IMG/VR virus record: IMGVR_UViG_3300030376_008775
Span: 58,739-122,738 of that record
DNA length: 64,000 nucleotides
Direction: 5' to 3' (one strand)
Origin: a virus
Lineage: Duplodnaviria > Caudoviricetes
Both the position numbers and the translations under genes were made by a program. Below the pieces are notes generated by a model. The model was not told where the DNA came from and did not search any database. It worked only from the letters and a program-made list of their open reading frames with translations. The number at the start of each line of letters is the position of its first letter. Position 1 is the first letter of the stretch. Shown here piece by piece: positions 1-8,921 of the stretch.

Positions 1-1
1 T

Positions 2-379
2 GATATTATTCATGAATTTGCACACGCTTTAGAAAGAGAATTTAAAAAAGAAATCTATAGCGATAAATCAATAAGAAATGAATTTTTAAGTAAGCGAAAT
101 CAATTAGAGACAATATTAAGAACATCTGGTTATGATACATTAGGTCATGATTTTGAAAAAAAAGATTATGATCAAATATTTGATGATTTCCTACTGAATA
201 CAGTAGGATATGAAACTTTTAGAAATTTAACAAATCATAGTCTTTTTATTAATCCTTATGCTGCAACTTCTCTAAGAGAATATTTTGCAACTGGATTTGA
301 AGAATATATATTGGGTGATCACAAAGAATTGCAAGTAGTTAGCCCAAAGTTATATAAAAAATTACAAGATATTATATAA
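2..379 (+). CDS. 5'-truncated putative zinc metallopeptidase (HExxH zincin-like)
   Basis: Not in the ORF track. Manual translation from nt 2 gives DIIHEFAHALERE...NPYAATSLREYFATGFEEY...LQDII*. It has HEFAH plus a downstream EYFA Glu; the stop is TAA at 377-379. Confidence 0.6.
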   Translation, partial: DIIHEFAHALEREFKKEIYSDKSIRNEFLSKRNQLETILRTSGYDTLGHDFEKKDYDQIFDDFLLNTVGYETFRNLTNHSLFINPYAATSLREYFATGFEEYILGDHKELQVVSPKLYKKLQDII

Positions 380-400
380 CTTAAAAATTAGGAGAAAAAA

Positions 401-742
401 ATGAAATTTGTAGAAAAATTAAGAGGCCATGAATTAGAAATTGAAATAAATAAATCGCCTGACGGTACATCATGTTCGGCAAATATTAAATTACCACCGT
501 ATGGATCGTACAGCAGGGGAGAAATGTATACAGCTGCAGAGTTGTATATTTTAATTAAAAAACATATCAAAGAATTTGATACACCAAAAGACTTATCTGG
601 TAGGTACAGAGCTTTAAAAAATGATTCTAGGCTTGTGACCCTATTGCTTACTAGGAGTGTAAAAAATAAAAAACAAGATCGTCTAATTAAAAAAAATAAC
701 AACTTAAAATCAAGAATTCGTAATAAAAATAAAAAATCATGA
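401..742 (+). CDS. hypothetical protein with basic C-terminus
   Basis: 113 aa ORF with an AGGAG RBS upstream; overlaps the next start (ATGA). Confidence 0.7.
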   Translation: MKFVEKLRGHELEIEINKSPDGTSCSANIKLPPYGSYSRGEMYTAAELYILIKKHIKEFDTPKDLSGRYRALKNDSRLVTLLLTRSVKNKKQDRLIKKNNNLKSRIRNKNKKS

Positions 743-1515
743 AACAACACATATCATACTCGGAACTAAAAACTTGGGCAGAGTGTAGTTGGCGCCACAA
801 ACTTCAGTACATTGATGGATTAAGTCCTTTCCAAGGAAACGAGTTTACAACTTTTGGAACAGCCTTGCACGCAGTCAGCGAAAAGTTTTTAGTTGAAGAG
901 ACAGCAAAAGATCCAGAAGTATATTTTGAACAACAGTTTTTAAATGAACTTCAAAGTTTAAAAAATAAAGATAAAAATCTGATATTGGATGCATCTTTAG
1001 TGCAACAAATGAGACAACAGGGAATAACTTTAGCTCCGCAATTAATTCCTAGTTTGCAAGAACACTTTGGAGATTATGAAGTTGTTTCTGTAGAAGAAAG
1101 ACTTTATGAGCCAATAAAAACTGAAGAGTTTAACTTTAAAGGCTTTATTGATGTTGTGTTGAAGAAAGATGATATGTATCATATTATTGATTGGAAAAGT
1201 TGTTCTTGGGGCTGGAATCAAAACAAAAAAAGAGATCAACTGATTACGTACCAGTTAACTCTGTATAAAGCATTCTTTGCTAAAAAATATAATATTGATC
1301 CTAAAAAAATTAAGACACACTTTGGATTACTTAAGAGAACTGCTAAAACAAATCAAATTGAAATATTTGAAGTTAGCTCTGGAACAAAAAAAACTGAAAA
1401 TGCCCTTAACTTAATGAATAAAGCATTGTATAATATTCACAACAAACGATTTATAAAAAATAAATTATCTTGTAAATATTGCCCATTTGATGGGACACAA
1501 CATTGCAAAAAATAA
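739..1515 (+). CDS. PD-(D/E)XK nuclease, RecB/AddB/Cas4-like phage exonuclease
   Basis: Motifs HISYS..C, FGTALH, VEERL, KGFIDVV, IIDWKS, QLTLY and C-terminal CKYC..C (1+3 Cys Fe-S pattern). Confidence 0.85.
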   Translation: MKQHISYSELKTWAECSWRHKLQYIDGLSPFQGNEFTTFGTALHAVSEKFLVEETAKDPEVYFEQQFLNELQSLKNKDKNLILDASLVQQMRQQGITLAPQLIPSLQEHFGDYEVVSVEERLYEPIKTEEFNFKGFIDVVLKKDDMYHIIDWKSCSWGWNQNKKRDQLITYQLTLYKAFFAKKYNIDPKKIKTHFGLLKRTAKTNQIEIFEVSSGTKKTENALNLMNKALYNIHNKRFIKNKLSCKYCPFDGTQHCKK

Positions 1516-1524
1516 GGTTAAGGA

Positions 1525-2784
1525 ATGACAGATAAAAAAATTAAAGTTTTAGTTCTAAGTGACCACCCACTTTCTCCTTCTGGCGTCGGAACTCAAACAA
1601 AATATATGATAGAAAGTTGCCTTAAGACAGGTAAATTTAGTTTTATTTCCCTAGGGGGAGCAATTAAACACCTAGACTATACACCTGTTCAAGTTGAACC
1701 GTACGGCAAAGATTTTGTTATTGTTCCGATTGATGGGTATGGAAACCAGGATATGATAAGATCAGTCCTAAACACCGAGAAACCAGATATGATCTGGTTT
1801 ATGACAGATCCTAGATTCTATACTTGGCTTTGGGAAATTGAAAATGAAATTAGAGCTTTGGTACCTATGGTTTATTATCACGTTTGGGATAACAAACCAT
1901 ATCCTGACTTTAATAAAATTTGGTATGATTCAAACGATTATATTTTTACAATATCAAAAGTTACTGATGATATTGTAAAAAATGTATCACCTAACGTAAA
2001 AAGTACATATTTGCCGCATGCGGTAGATAATCAAATTTTTAAAACTTTAGAAAAACAAGAAGTAATAGATTATATGGATCAGGTGATACCACAATCAAAA
2101 GATAAATTTATGTTCTTCTGGAATAGTAGAAATGCTCGTCGAAAACAAAGTGGATCTTTAATTTTTTGGTTTAATGACTTTTTAAATAAAGTTGGAAAAG
2201 ATAAAGCATGTCTAGTAATGCATACAAATCCAAAAGATCCAAACGGACAAGACTTAAATGCTATTCTGGAAAAGTTAGGTCTTGTTAACGGAGAAGTTGT
2301 ATTTTCTACACAAGCGGTTGATTCAACTCTTTTGGCTAAATTTTATAACAGGGCAGATTGCACTTTGTGTATATCAGATGCAGAAGGCTTTGGCTTATCA
2401 ACTTTAGAATCATTATCTTGCGGTACTCCAATTATTGTTAACATGACTGGAGGCTTGCAAGAGCAAGTTACTGATGGTGAAGAATGGTTTGGAATTGGCC
2501 TAGAGCCTAGTTCTAAAGCAATTATTGGATCTCAAGATGTGCCTTATATATATGAAGATAGAATCAATGGTGAAGAATTTGTAGAAGCGATGTGTAAACT
2601 TTATAATATGTCTGAGCAAGAAAGAGAAGATCTTGGTAAAAAAGGCCAAAATCACGTTAACAAGAACTATAGCTTTACACAATTGGCTGCTAAATGGCCA
2701 ATATTATTAGAAGAAATTCATAATGAAATGGGATCTTGGGAAACTAGAAAAGGATACAAATCAATGGAGTTAATCGAGGTATAA
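1525..2784 (+). CDS. glycosyltransferase family 4 (GT-B)
   Basis: N-terminal SDHP..SGVG, RNARRKQ, and the E-x7-E signature EGFGLSTLE; GGLQEQV. Confidence 0.85.
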   Translation: MTDKKIKVLVLSDHPLSPSGVGTQTKYMIESCLKTGKFSFISLGGAIKHLDYTPVQVEPYGKDFVIVPIDGYGNQDMIRSVLNTEKPDMIWFMTDPRFYTWLWEIENEIRALVPMVYYHVWDNKPYPDFNKIWYDSNDYIFTISKVTDDIVKNVSPNVKSTYLPHAVDNQIFKTLEKQEVIDYMDQVIPQSKDKFMFFWNSRNARRKQSGSLIFWFNDFLNKVGKDKACLVMHTNPKDPNGQDLNAILEKLGLVNGEVVFSTQAVDSTLLAKFYNRADCTLCISDAEGFGLSTLESLSCGTPIIVNMTGGLQEQVTDGEEWFGIGLEPSSKAIIGSQDVPYIYEDRINGEEFVEAMCKLYNMSEQEREDLGKKGQNHVNKNYSFTQLAAKWPILLEEIHNEMGSWETRKGYKSMELIEV

Positions 2785-2785
2785 A

Positions 2786-4060
2786 ATGACAAAAGTATTA
2801 GTAAGAGGACCAGCTTTAACAAGATCCGGATATGGAGAGCATACTCGATTCATATTAAGATCTTTGCGAAAACTAGAAGATAAGATTGATTTATATTTGA
2901 TTCCATTAGCATGGGGTCAAACTGGATGGTTGTCAGTTTCAGATGAAGAAAAGATTTGGCTTGATTCAATTATCAAAAAAACTCATGATTTGGTTTCGAA
3001 AAATCAGTTACAAGTTGATATTTCATTACAGGTGACCATTCCAAACGAATGGGAAAAACTAGCTCCAATTAATATTGGTGTCACAGCTGGAATTGAAACA
3101 ACCAAGATGGCTCCAATATGGGTTGAAAAAAGCAAGATGATGGATCACATTATTGTAACATCTGAATTTGCTAAAAACATTTTTGATACCACTAGTTACG
3201 AGGCAACCGTTAAAGAAACTGGTCAAATTATATCTGATTATCGATGTACAACAGACATTAAAGTAGTCTCTTATCCTGTAAAAGAATTTGAGGATATGGA
3301 TCTAGATCTACAGCTAGAATACGATTTTAATTTCTTAGCAGTAGCACAATGGGGCCCCCGAAAAAATATTGTAAATTGTTTACAGTGGTTTGTTGAGGAG
3401 TTTATTGACCAAGAAGTTGGCCTAGTATTAAAAACTAATATAACTAAAAACTCTTTATTAGATAGGCAAAAAACAAAAACACTATTAAAGAATATCCTTA
3501 ATCAAGACAAATATAAAAATAGAAAATGCAAAGTATATTTGCTTCATGGTGATATGACTGATCAAGAAATGCACCAGCTATATCGTAATTCAAAAATTAA
3601 AGCTTTCGTTTCTACTAGCCATGGCGAGGGTTTTGGTCTTCCTCATTTTGAAGCAGCTTATGAAGGCATGCCTGTTATTGCTCCGGACTGGAGTGGACAT
3701 GTTGATTTTCTCTATATGCCGATTAAAGACAAAAAAGGCAAAACAAAGAAGAAAGCAATGTATTCTAAGATTGATTACGTAATTCAGCCTGTACCGGAGT
3801 CAGCCGTTTGGGAAGGTGTTATTCAAAAAGATTCATCATGGTGTTATCCTGACCAAGGATCTTACAAGATTAAATTAAGAGAACTCTACAAAGATTATGG
3901 AAGGTTTAAAAAACAAGCAACGCAGCTTCAAAAATATTTAAAAGAAAATGTTACATTTGAAAATCAAAGCGGCTTAGTTTGTGAAGTTGTAAATAAATTT
4001 CTTCCCTCAGAAGAAGAATTAGAATGGCTTCAAAAATTAGATGAAATTGAAGTTTTATGA
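2786..4060 (+). CDS. glycosyltransferase family 4 (GT-B)
   Basis: SGYGEH, PRKN, and SHGEGFGLPHFEAA (E-x7-E). Confidence 0.85.
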   Translation: MTKVLVRGPALTRSGYGEHTRFILRSLRKLEDKIDLYLIPLAWGQTGWLSVSDEEKIWLDSIIKKTHDLVSKNQLQVDISLQVTIPNEWEKLAPINIGVTAGIETTKMAPIWVEKSKMMDHIIVTSEFAKNIFDTTSYEATVKETGQIISDYRCTTDIKVVSYPVKEFEDMDLDLQLEYDFNFLAVAQWGPRKNIVNCLQWFVEEFIDQEVGLVLKTNITKNSLLDRQKTKTLLKNILNQDKYKNRKCKVYLLHGDMTDQEMHQLYRNSKIKAFVSTSHGEGFGLPHFEAAYEGMPVIAPDWSGHVDFLYMPIKDKKGKTKKKAMYSKIDYVIQPVPESAVWEGVIQKDSSWCYPDQGSYKIKLRELYKDYGRFKKQATQLQKYLKENVTFENQSGLVCEVVNKFLPSEEELEWLQKLDEIEVL

Positions 4061-4887
4061 AAATAATATTTATAGCTGATTTTTTCAGTAGTGAATTGAA
4101 CGGAGGCGCAGAAAATAACGACTCTGTTTTGATTGATTATTTAAAAAACAATGGCTATAAAATAAGATGTATTAAATCTCATAATTTTGATGAAAGCATT
4201 TATCAAGAAAATGATTTTTTTATCGTAAGCAATTTTGTAGGACTAGATGAAAAATATAAAGCCTTGCTAAAGAAAAAGCAATATATTATTTATGAACATG
4301 ATCATAAATATGTAAAACGTAGAGATGTTAGTAAATATGCTGATTTTGTTATACCTAAAGAAGATTTTGTAAATGAAAAATTTTATAGAGATGCAAAAGC
4401 TGTTGTTGTTTTAAGTGATGTATGTAAAAAAATTCTAGACAAGAATCTTAATACAAGAAATGTTTTTAATATAGGTTGCAGTCTATGGTCTGATAAAAAA
4501 TTAGACTTAATCGCATCTTTATCTACTAAACAAAAAAATAATAAGTTTGCTATTATTAATTCAAACAATCCTATTAAAAATACAAATTTAGCAATTGCAT
4601 ATTGCAAAAAAAATAATATTGATTTTGATATGATAGAGCTTTGTAATCATGAAGAATTACTATCAAAATTATCTGACTATAAAGGTTTAGTATTTTTTCC
4701 TGGCGTTTTAGAGACCTTCTCTAGAATATCTGCGGAAGCAAAAATGCTTAATTGCAAACTGCTAACAAAGCCAAAAATGTTAGGTTTTGCGTCAGAGAAC
4801 ATATTTGCTTTTTCTGGCATTGAGTTAATAGAAGAGATAAGAGAAAGAAATAACAAAGCTTTAAAATTATTCAAGAGTTTATTATGA
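4057..4887 (+). CDS. putative short GT-B glycosyltransferase
   Basis: IIFIADFF..GGAE N-terminus and E-x7-E motif ETFSRISAE; lies in the GT cluster. Confidence 0.6.
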   Translation: MKIIFIADFFSSELNGGAENNDSVLIDYLKNNGYKIRCIKSHNFDESIYQENDFFIVSNFVGLDEKYKALLKKKQYIIYEHDHKYVKRRDVSKYADFVIPKEDFVNEKFYRDAKAVVVLSDVCKKILDKNLNTRNVFNIGCSLWSDKKLDLIASLSTKQKNNKFAIINSNNPIKNTNLAIAYCKKNNIDFDMIELCNHEELLSKLSDYKGLVFFPGVLETFSRISAEAKMLNCKLLTKPKMLGFASENIFAFSGIELIEEIRERNNKALKLFKSLL

Positions 4888-5750
4888 AAAAAATTATTGT
4901 TTTAGCCTCCGATCATAACGGAGTAGAATTAAAAGAAAAAGTAAAAAACTATTTGAAAAAGAAAGATATCCTAGCACTGGATATTGGACCATTTGACACA
5001 AATAAAAAGGTAGATTATGTCGACTATGCTGATCAACTGTCTAAAATCATTTCAAATAAAGACGCGTCACACGGTATTTTAATTTGTGGTACCGGCGTGG
5101 GAATGAGTATTGCTGCAAATAGAAATGAAAATATAAGAGCGGCACTAGTACACAATCAATTTACAGCACCTAGGTGCAGAGAACATAATGATTCAAATGT
5201 TATTTGTCTAGGAGCTTGGATAACGCCTTATCCTCAAGTTGAAGAAATATTAGATTCTTGGCTAGGCACTTCTTTTGGAGAAGGAAGGCACGTAAAAAGA
5301 ATTGAAAAGCTATCTTCAAAACAAGAAGAAATAATTTTTACAAATGGAGTTTTTGATATTATTCACACTGGTCATATCGAGTTATTGACTTTTGCCAAAA
5401 GCTTAGGAAATAAACTTGTAGTCGGTATAAATTCGGATGCAGCAGTTAAAAAAATTAAAGGGGATAACAGGCCAATCAATAATCAAGAAGATAGAAAAAA
5501 GGTTCTAGAATCACTAGGAATGGTTGATCAAGTTGTTATCTTTGATGATATATCCCCAGATAATTTAAGAGAAGAATTATGTCCTAATGTCTTGGTCAAG
5601 GGCGGAGAATGGACTAAAGAAGAGGTGCGTGAAAGAGATAATGTTTCGGATGGCATTAAAATTAAGATTTATCCATTTGTAGAAAATTACTCAACTACTG
5701 ATACTATAAAGAAAATATACGGACTAAAAACGTGGCAAAAAAAGTCTTAA
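4884..5750 (+). CDS. fusion of RpiB/LacAB sugar-phosphate isomerase and HldE/RfaE-domain-II-type nucleotidyltransferase
   Basis: N-half: ASDH, CGTGVGMSIAANR, REHNDSNV, EGRHVKR (RpiB). C-half: FTNGVFDIIHTGH (HxGH), GINSD..VKKIKG..RPIN, LVKGGEW, YSTT. Confidence 0.85.
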   Translation: MKKIIVLASDHNGVELKEKVKNYLKKKDILALDIGPFDTNKKVDYVDYADQLSKIISNKDASHGILICGTGVGMSIAANRNENIRAALVHNQFTAPRCREHNDSNVICLGAWITPYPQVEEILDSWLGTSFGEGRHVKRIEKLSSKQEEIIFTNGVFDIIHTGHIELLTFAKSLGNKLVVGINSDAAVKKIKGDNRPINNQEDRKKVLESLGMVDQVVIFDDISPDNLREELCPNVLVKGGEWTKEEVRERDNVSDGIKIKIYPFVENYSTTDTIKKIYGLKTWQKKS

Positions 5751-6496
5751 TTATAGGTGATACCATAATCGACAAAGATATTGAGCTAAAAGCTATAGGT
5801 TTATCTTTGGAATCTCCGACACTCAAAACAGAAACTCACGCTGAAAGTATTAATTTTGGCGGCGCCGCAAATGTAGCAAAATATGCACATCAATTTGGTC
5901 TTGACGTTACGTTTGCTACAACGATGTCAAAAGAAAGTGAATATCAATATCTTGAAAAATATTCTTTAAAATTATTGAATCTTGATTCAAGTATTGAAAA
6001 CACAAAATCTAGATTTTATATTTCTCATGGTGATGAAAGATATAAATATCTTCAAGTGAACAATACAAATAAGCAAGATCTTTCTGTAGGATTAAATTTA
6101 GATCTTGATAAATTTGATGTGATAGCTTTTTCTGATTATAGGTGCGGATTAATTAATAATGAAATGGTTTTTGACTCTATAAAAAGCAAAGCTAAAACTT
6201 TCGGAGCTTCGCAGATCTCAAGTAAAGAATCAAATTTTGAAAAGTATAGTAAACTAGATTATTTAGTTTGTAATAAAAATGAATCAAAGTCTTTTAAAAG
6301 AAGAAGAAATGTCTTGATAACTCAAGGTAAAGATGGTTGTAAATTGAATAGCGTTACATATCCTGCAATTTCTGTTCCGGAACCAAAAAATTTAATTGGT
6401 GCGGGAGATTGTTTTTATGCATCGTTTTTAGCATACCAAAATCCAATTATGGCAAATAAATGCGCAGCAGAGTATATACGAGGCGATTATGGATAA
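5732..6496 (+). CDS. PfkB/ribokinase-family sugar kinase (HldE/RfaE-domain-I-like)
   Basis: LIIGDTIID, GGAANVA, FSDY, and C-terminal GAGDCF signature. Confidence 0.8.
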   Translation: MAKKVLIIGDTIIDKDIELKAIGLSLESPTLKTETHAESINFGGAANVAKYAHQFGLDVTFATTMSKESEYQYLEKYSLKLLNLDSSIENTKSRFYISHGDERYKYLQVNNTNKQDLSVGLNLDLDKFDVIAFSDYRCGLINNEMVFDSIKSKAKTFGASQISSKESNFEKYSKLDYLVCNKNESKSFKRRRNVLITQGKDGCKLNSVTYPAISVPEPKNLIGAGDCFYASFLAYQNPIMANKCAAEYIRGDYG

Positions 6497-7175
6497 TATA
6501 CAAAAATTAATTGAGGTTAACCAGACACTTATTAAAGAAAAATTGGTTATTTTTACGTGGGGAAATGCTAGCTTTCGTACTTCTTCTAATACTATCTATA
6601 TTAAGCCCTCTGGGGTACCTTTTAAAGATTTAACAGAAGAAAAGATGTCCGAGGTAGCTTTAGGCAGCAAAATGCATTTAAAAGGCAATAAACCATCTGT
6701 CGACACACCTACTCACATTGAACTGTATAATAACTTTTCTAGTGTTAATGCTATAATTCACACACATTCAAAATATTGCACTATATTTGCGCAAGCAAAA
6801 AAAAATATACCATGCTTAGGTACAACGCATGCTGATTATTTTTATGGAGATATTCCGGTAGTCAACGAACTGTCGGCTCAAAAAATTGAACAAAATTATG
6901 AAGAAAACACAGGCGCGCAAATTGCTGAGTATTTTTTAGCCAATAATTTAGATCCTTTGCAAATACCAGCAGCCTTATCTCCTTCTCATGGTGTTTTTGT
7001 ATGGGGACATAACTTAGACCATGCAATTAAAAATGCCATTGTTTTAGAAAATATTGCTGAAATAGCTTACAAAACATTGACTTTGTGTTATAATGATGAC
7101 ATAAAATTTGATCGTATACTTTTAGATAAACATTTTCTAAGAAAACACGGAAGCAAAAAATATTATGGACAATAG
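6489..7175 (+). CDS. araD: L-ribulose-5-phosphate 4-epimerase-like class II aldolase/epimerase
   Basis: FTWGNAS, IKPSGV, KPSVDTPTH, HTHS, GTTHADYFYGDIP, HGVFVWG, C-terminal HFLRKHG..YYGQ. Confidence 0.85.
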   Translation: MDNIQKLIEVNQTLIKEKLVIFTWGNASFRTSSNTIYIKPSGVPFKDLTEEKMSEVALGSKMHLKGNKPSVDTPTHIELYNNFSSVNAIIHTHSKYCTIFAQAKKNIPCLGTTHADYFYGDIPVVNELSAQKIEQNYEENTGAQIAEYFLANNLDPLQIPAALSPSHGVFVWGHNLDHAIKNAIVLENIAEIAYKTLTLCYNDDIKFDRILLDKHFLRKHGSKKYYGQ

Positions 7176-7584
7176 TAAAGAAATAAAATATGGAAGACAA
7201 GAATTGCCTCCAAGATCAAAACCCATTAAAGAAGTAGAAAAGTATTGGGGCAACATGAAAACTCTGTTTGAAAATGATCATTATACGGTCAAAAGAATTT
7301 TTATGAAAAAAAATACACAAAGCAGTATGGAATACCATGTTAAGAAAGAAGAATCTTATTATATTGAATCTGGAATTCTTAAAGTTGGAACTCGAATAGG
7401 TAGAGCTAAAAATACTTCATTTTTGTTGAAGGCCGGCGATATCTTTCATATACCACCCGGGTTTATGCATATGAGAATTGCTGTAGAAGATACTGTTATT
7501 ATTGAATTTTCTACTTTAGATGATGATAGCGATTCACATATCGTTGAAGATGGAAAAACATATAAACACAAAGAGGATTTTTAA
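7165..7584 (+). CDS. cupin (mannose-6-phosphate-isomerase-like)
   Basis: VEKYWG, SMEYHVKKEESYYI, HIPPGFMH, IIEFST cupin motifs. Confidence 0.75.
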   Translation: MDNSKEIKYGRQELPPRSKPIKEVEKYWGNMKTLFENDHYTVKRIFMKKNTQSSMEYHVKKEESYYIESGILKVGTRIGRAKNTSFLLKAGDIFHIPPGFMHMRIAVEDTVIIEFSTLDDDSDSHIVEDGKTYKHKEDF

Positions 7585-8253
7585 ATGAAGTTATTTGCAG
7601 ACACTGCTAATTTAAACGAAATACGAAGCTTGTTAGAAAAAGGAGTTGTACAGGGAATTACTACAAATCCTTCGCTTTTGGCTAAAGAGCCAAAAACAGA
7701 TTTTTATGAACATATACAAAAAATTTGTGATTTATGCAGGGAGTATGATGCTTTGGTTCCAGTTTCAGTAGAAGTCTTTGCGACCGAACCAGACTCTATG
7801 GTATCCCAAGCTTTAGAAATCTATAAGAAGATAGACTATCCCAATATTAATATTAAAATACCAATTGGGTTTCAAGAGCTAAATGTGATTAATAGATTAA
7901 AAAAAGAAGGTATTCGCGTAAACTGCACGTGTTGTTTTACAGATACACAACTGCAACTAGCAGCTCTTTCTGGAGCTAGATATGTTTCTCTTTTTTACAA
8001 TCGTTTGATTGATAATGGCGGAGATCCTTTAGAAATCTTAAAAAGAACACGAAAATTTATTGATGATAATAATTTAGATTGTGAAATAATTGCGGGCTCA
8101 ATTAGAAATCCTTATGACTTAGCAGATTGTTGGGCCCAAGGTTGCCATATTGTTACCGCTGGACACAATGTTATTAAAAAAGCAACACTACATGTTAAAA
8201 CCGATGAGTCTGTTAATGGTTTTCTAAAGGACTTTGCGGAATGGATAAAATAA
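7585..8253 (+). CDS. tal: short-type transaldolase (TalC/FSA family)
   Basis: LFADTA, GITTNPSLL, VSVEV (Glu), NIKIP (Schiff-base Lys), VNCT, YVSLF (Phe as in transaldolases; FSA has Tyr), AGSIRN. Confidence 0.85.
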   Translation: MKLFADTANLNEIRSLLEKGVVQGITTNPSLLAKEPKTDFYEHIQKICDLCREYDALVPVSVEVFATEPDSMVSQALEIYKKIDYPNINIKIPIGFQELNVINRLKKEGIRVNCTCCFTDTQLQLAALSGARYVSLFYNRLIDNGGDPLEILKRTRKFIDDNNLDCEIIAGSIRNPYDLADCWAQGCHIVTAGHNVIKKATLHVKTDESVNGFLKDFAEWIK

Positions 8254-8567
8254 CATATGTATTTGATATTGATGGAACCGTTTGTACACAAACAGATGGA
8301 AGCTATGAAGATGCACAGCCTTTTCAAGAAAGGATTGAAAAAATAAACGAATTATATGATGCCGGCCACACGATCGTATTCCTTACAGCACGAGGAATGG
8401 GAAGATTTAAAAACAATAGAGCGTTGGCCGAATCTAAATTTTGGGCCTTTACAAATCAACAATTAAAATCTTGGGGATTAAAATTTCATAGTCTTTATTT
8501 AGGAAAACCAGCCGCAACTTTATATGTTGATGATAAAGGAATGAGAGACACGGAGTTTTTTAAATAA
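8241..8567 (+). CDS. small HAD-family phosphatase (capsule-biosynthesis phosphatase-like)
   Basis: FDIDGT, FLTARG, GKP..LYVDDK HAD motifs. Confidence 0.85.
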   Translation: MDKITYVFDIDGTVCTQTDGSYEDAQPFQERIEKINELYDAGHTIVFLTARGMGRFKNNRALAESKFWAFTNQQLKSWGLKFHSLYLGKPAATLYVDDKGMRDTEFFK

Positions 8568-8921
8568 ATGAAAATTGATATAAAATTTGTCCCTAAAGGA
8601 TGGGGATTTGAAAAATGGATTGTAAATAATGAAAGATACTGCGGAAAATTACTATACTTAGTAAAAGGAAAAAGGTGTTCTTGGCATTATCATAAATTAA
8701 AAGATGAAGTATTCTATGTACAATCTGGAAAAATTATGTTAAAATATTCGGACCAAGATAATCTAGAAAACGCAAAGCAAGTAATTCTAGAAAAAGGTGA
8801 TAATTTTCATGTTCCGGTTGGCTTAAAACATCAAATGCAAGCACTTGAAGACACAGAGTTGTTTGAGTTTTCAACGCAGCATTTTGATTCTGATAGCCAC
8901 AGGATCATCAAAGGTGATTAA
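8568..8921 (+). CDS. cupin (mannose-6-phosphate-isomerase-like)
   Basis: VPKGWGFEKWI, SWHYHKLKDEVFYV, HVPVGLKH, EFSTQH. Confidence 0.8.
   Translation: MKIDIKFVPKGWGFEKWIVNNERYCGKLLYLVKGKRCSWHYHKLKDEVFYVQSGKIMLKYSDQDNLENAKQVILEKGDNFHVPVGLKHQMQALEDTELFEFSTQHFDSDSHRIIKGD

Noticed and set aside
739-1515. Cas4-like nuclease as evidence of a CRISPR system
   Set aside because: No repeat-spacer array or other cas gene is visible; stand-alone nucleases of this type are common in phages.
7585-8253. Classic cyanophage talC pentose-phosphate auxiliary gene
   Set aside because: No zwf, gnd, cp12 or photosynthesis genes are in the window, and the gene is embedded in a sugar-nucleotide operon. A biosynthetic role is preferred, though not proven.
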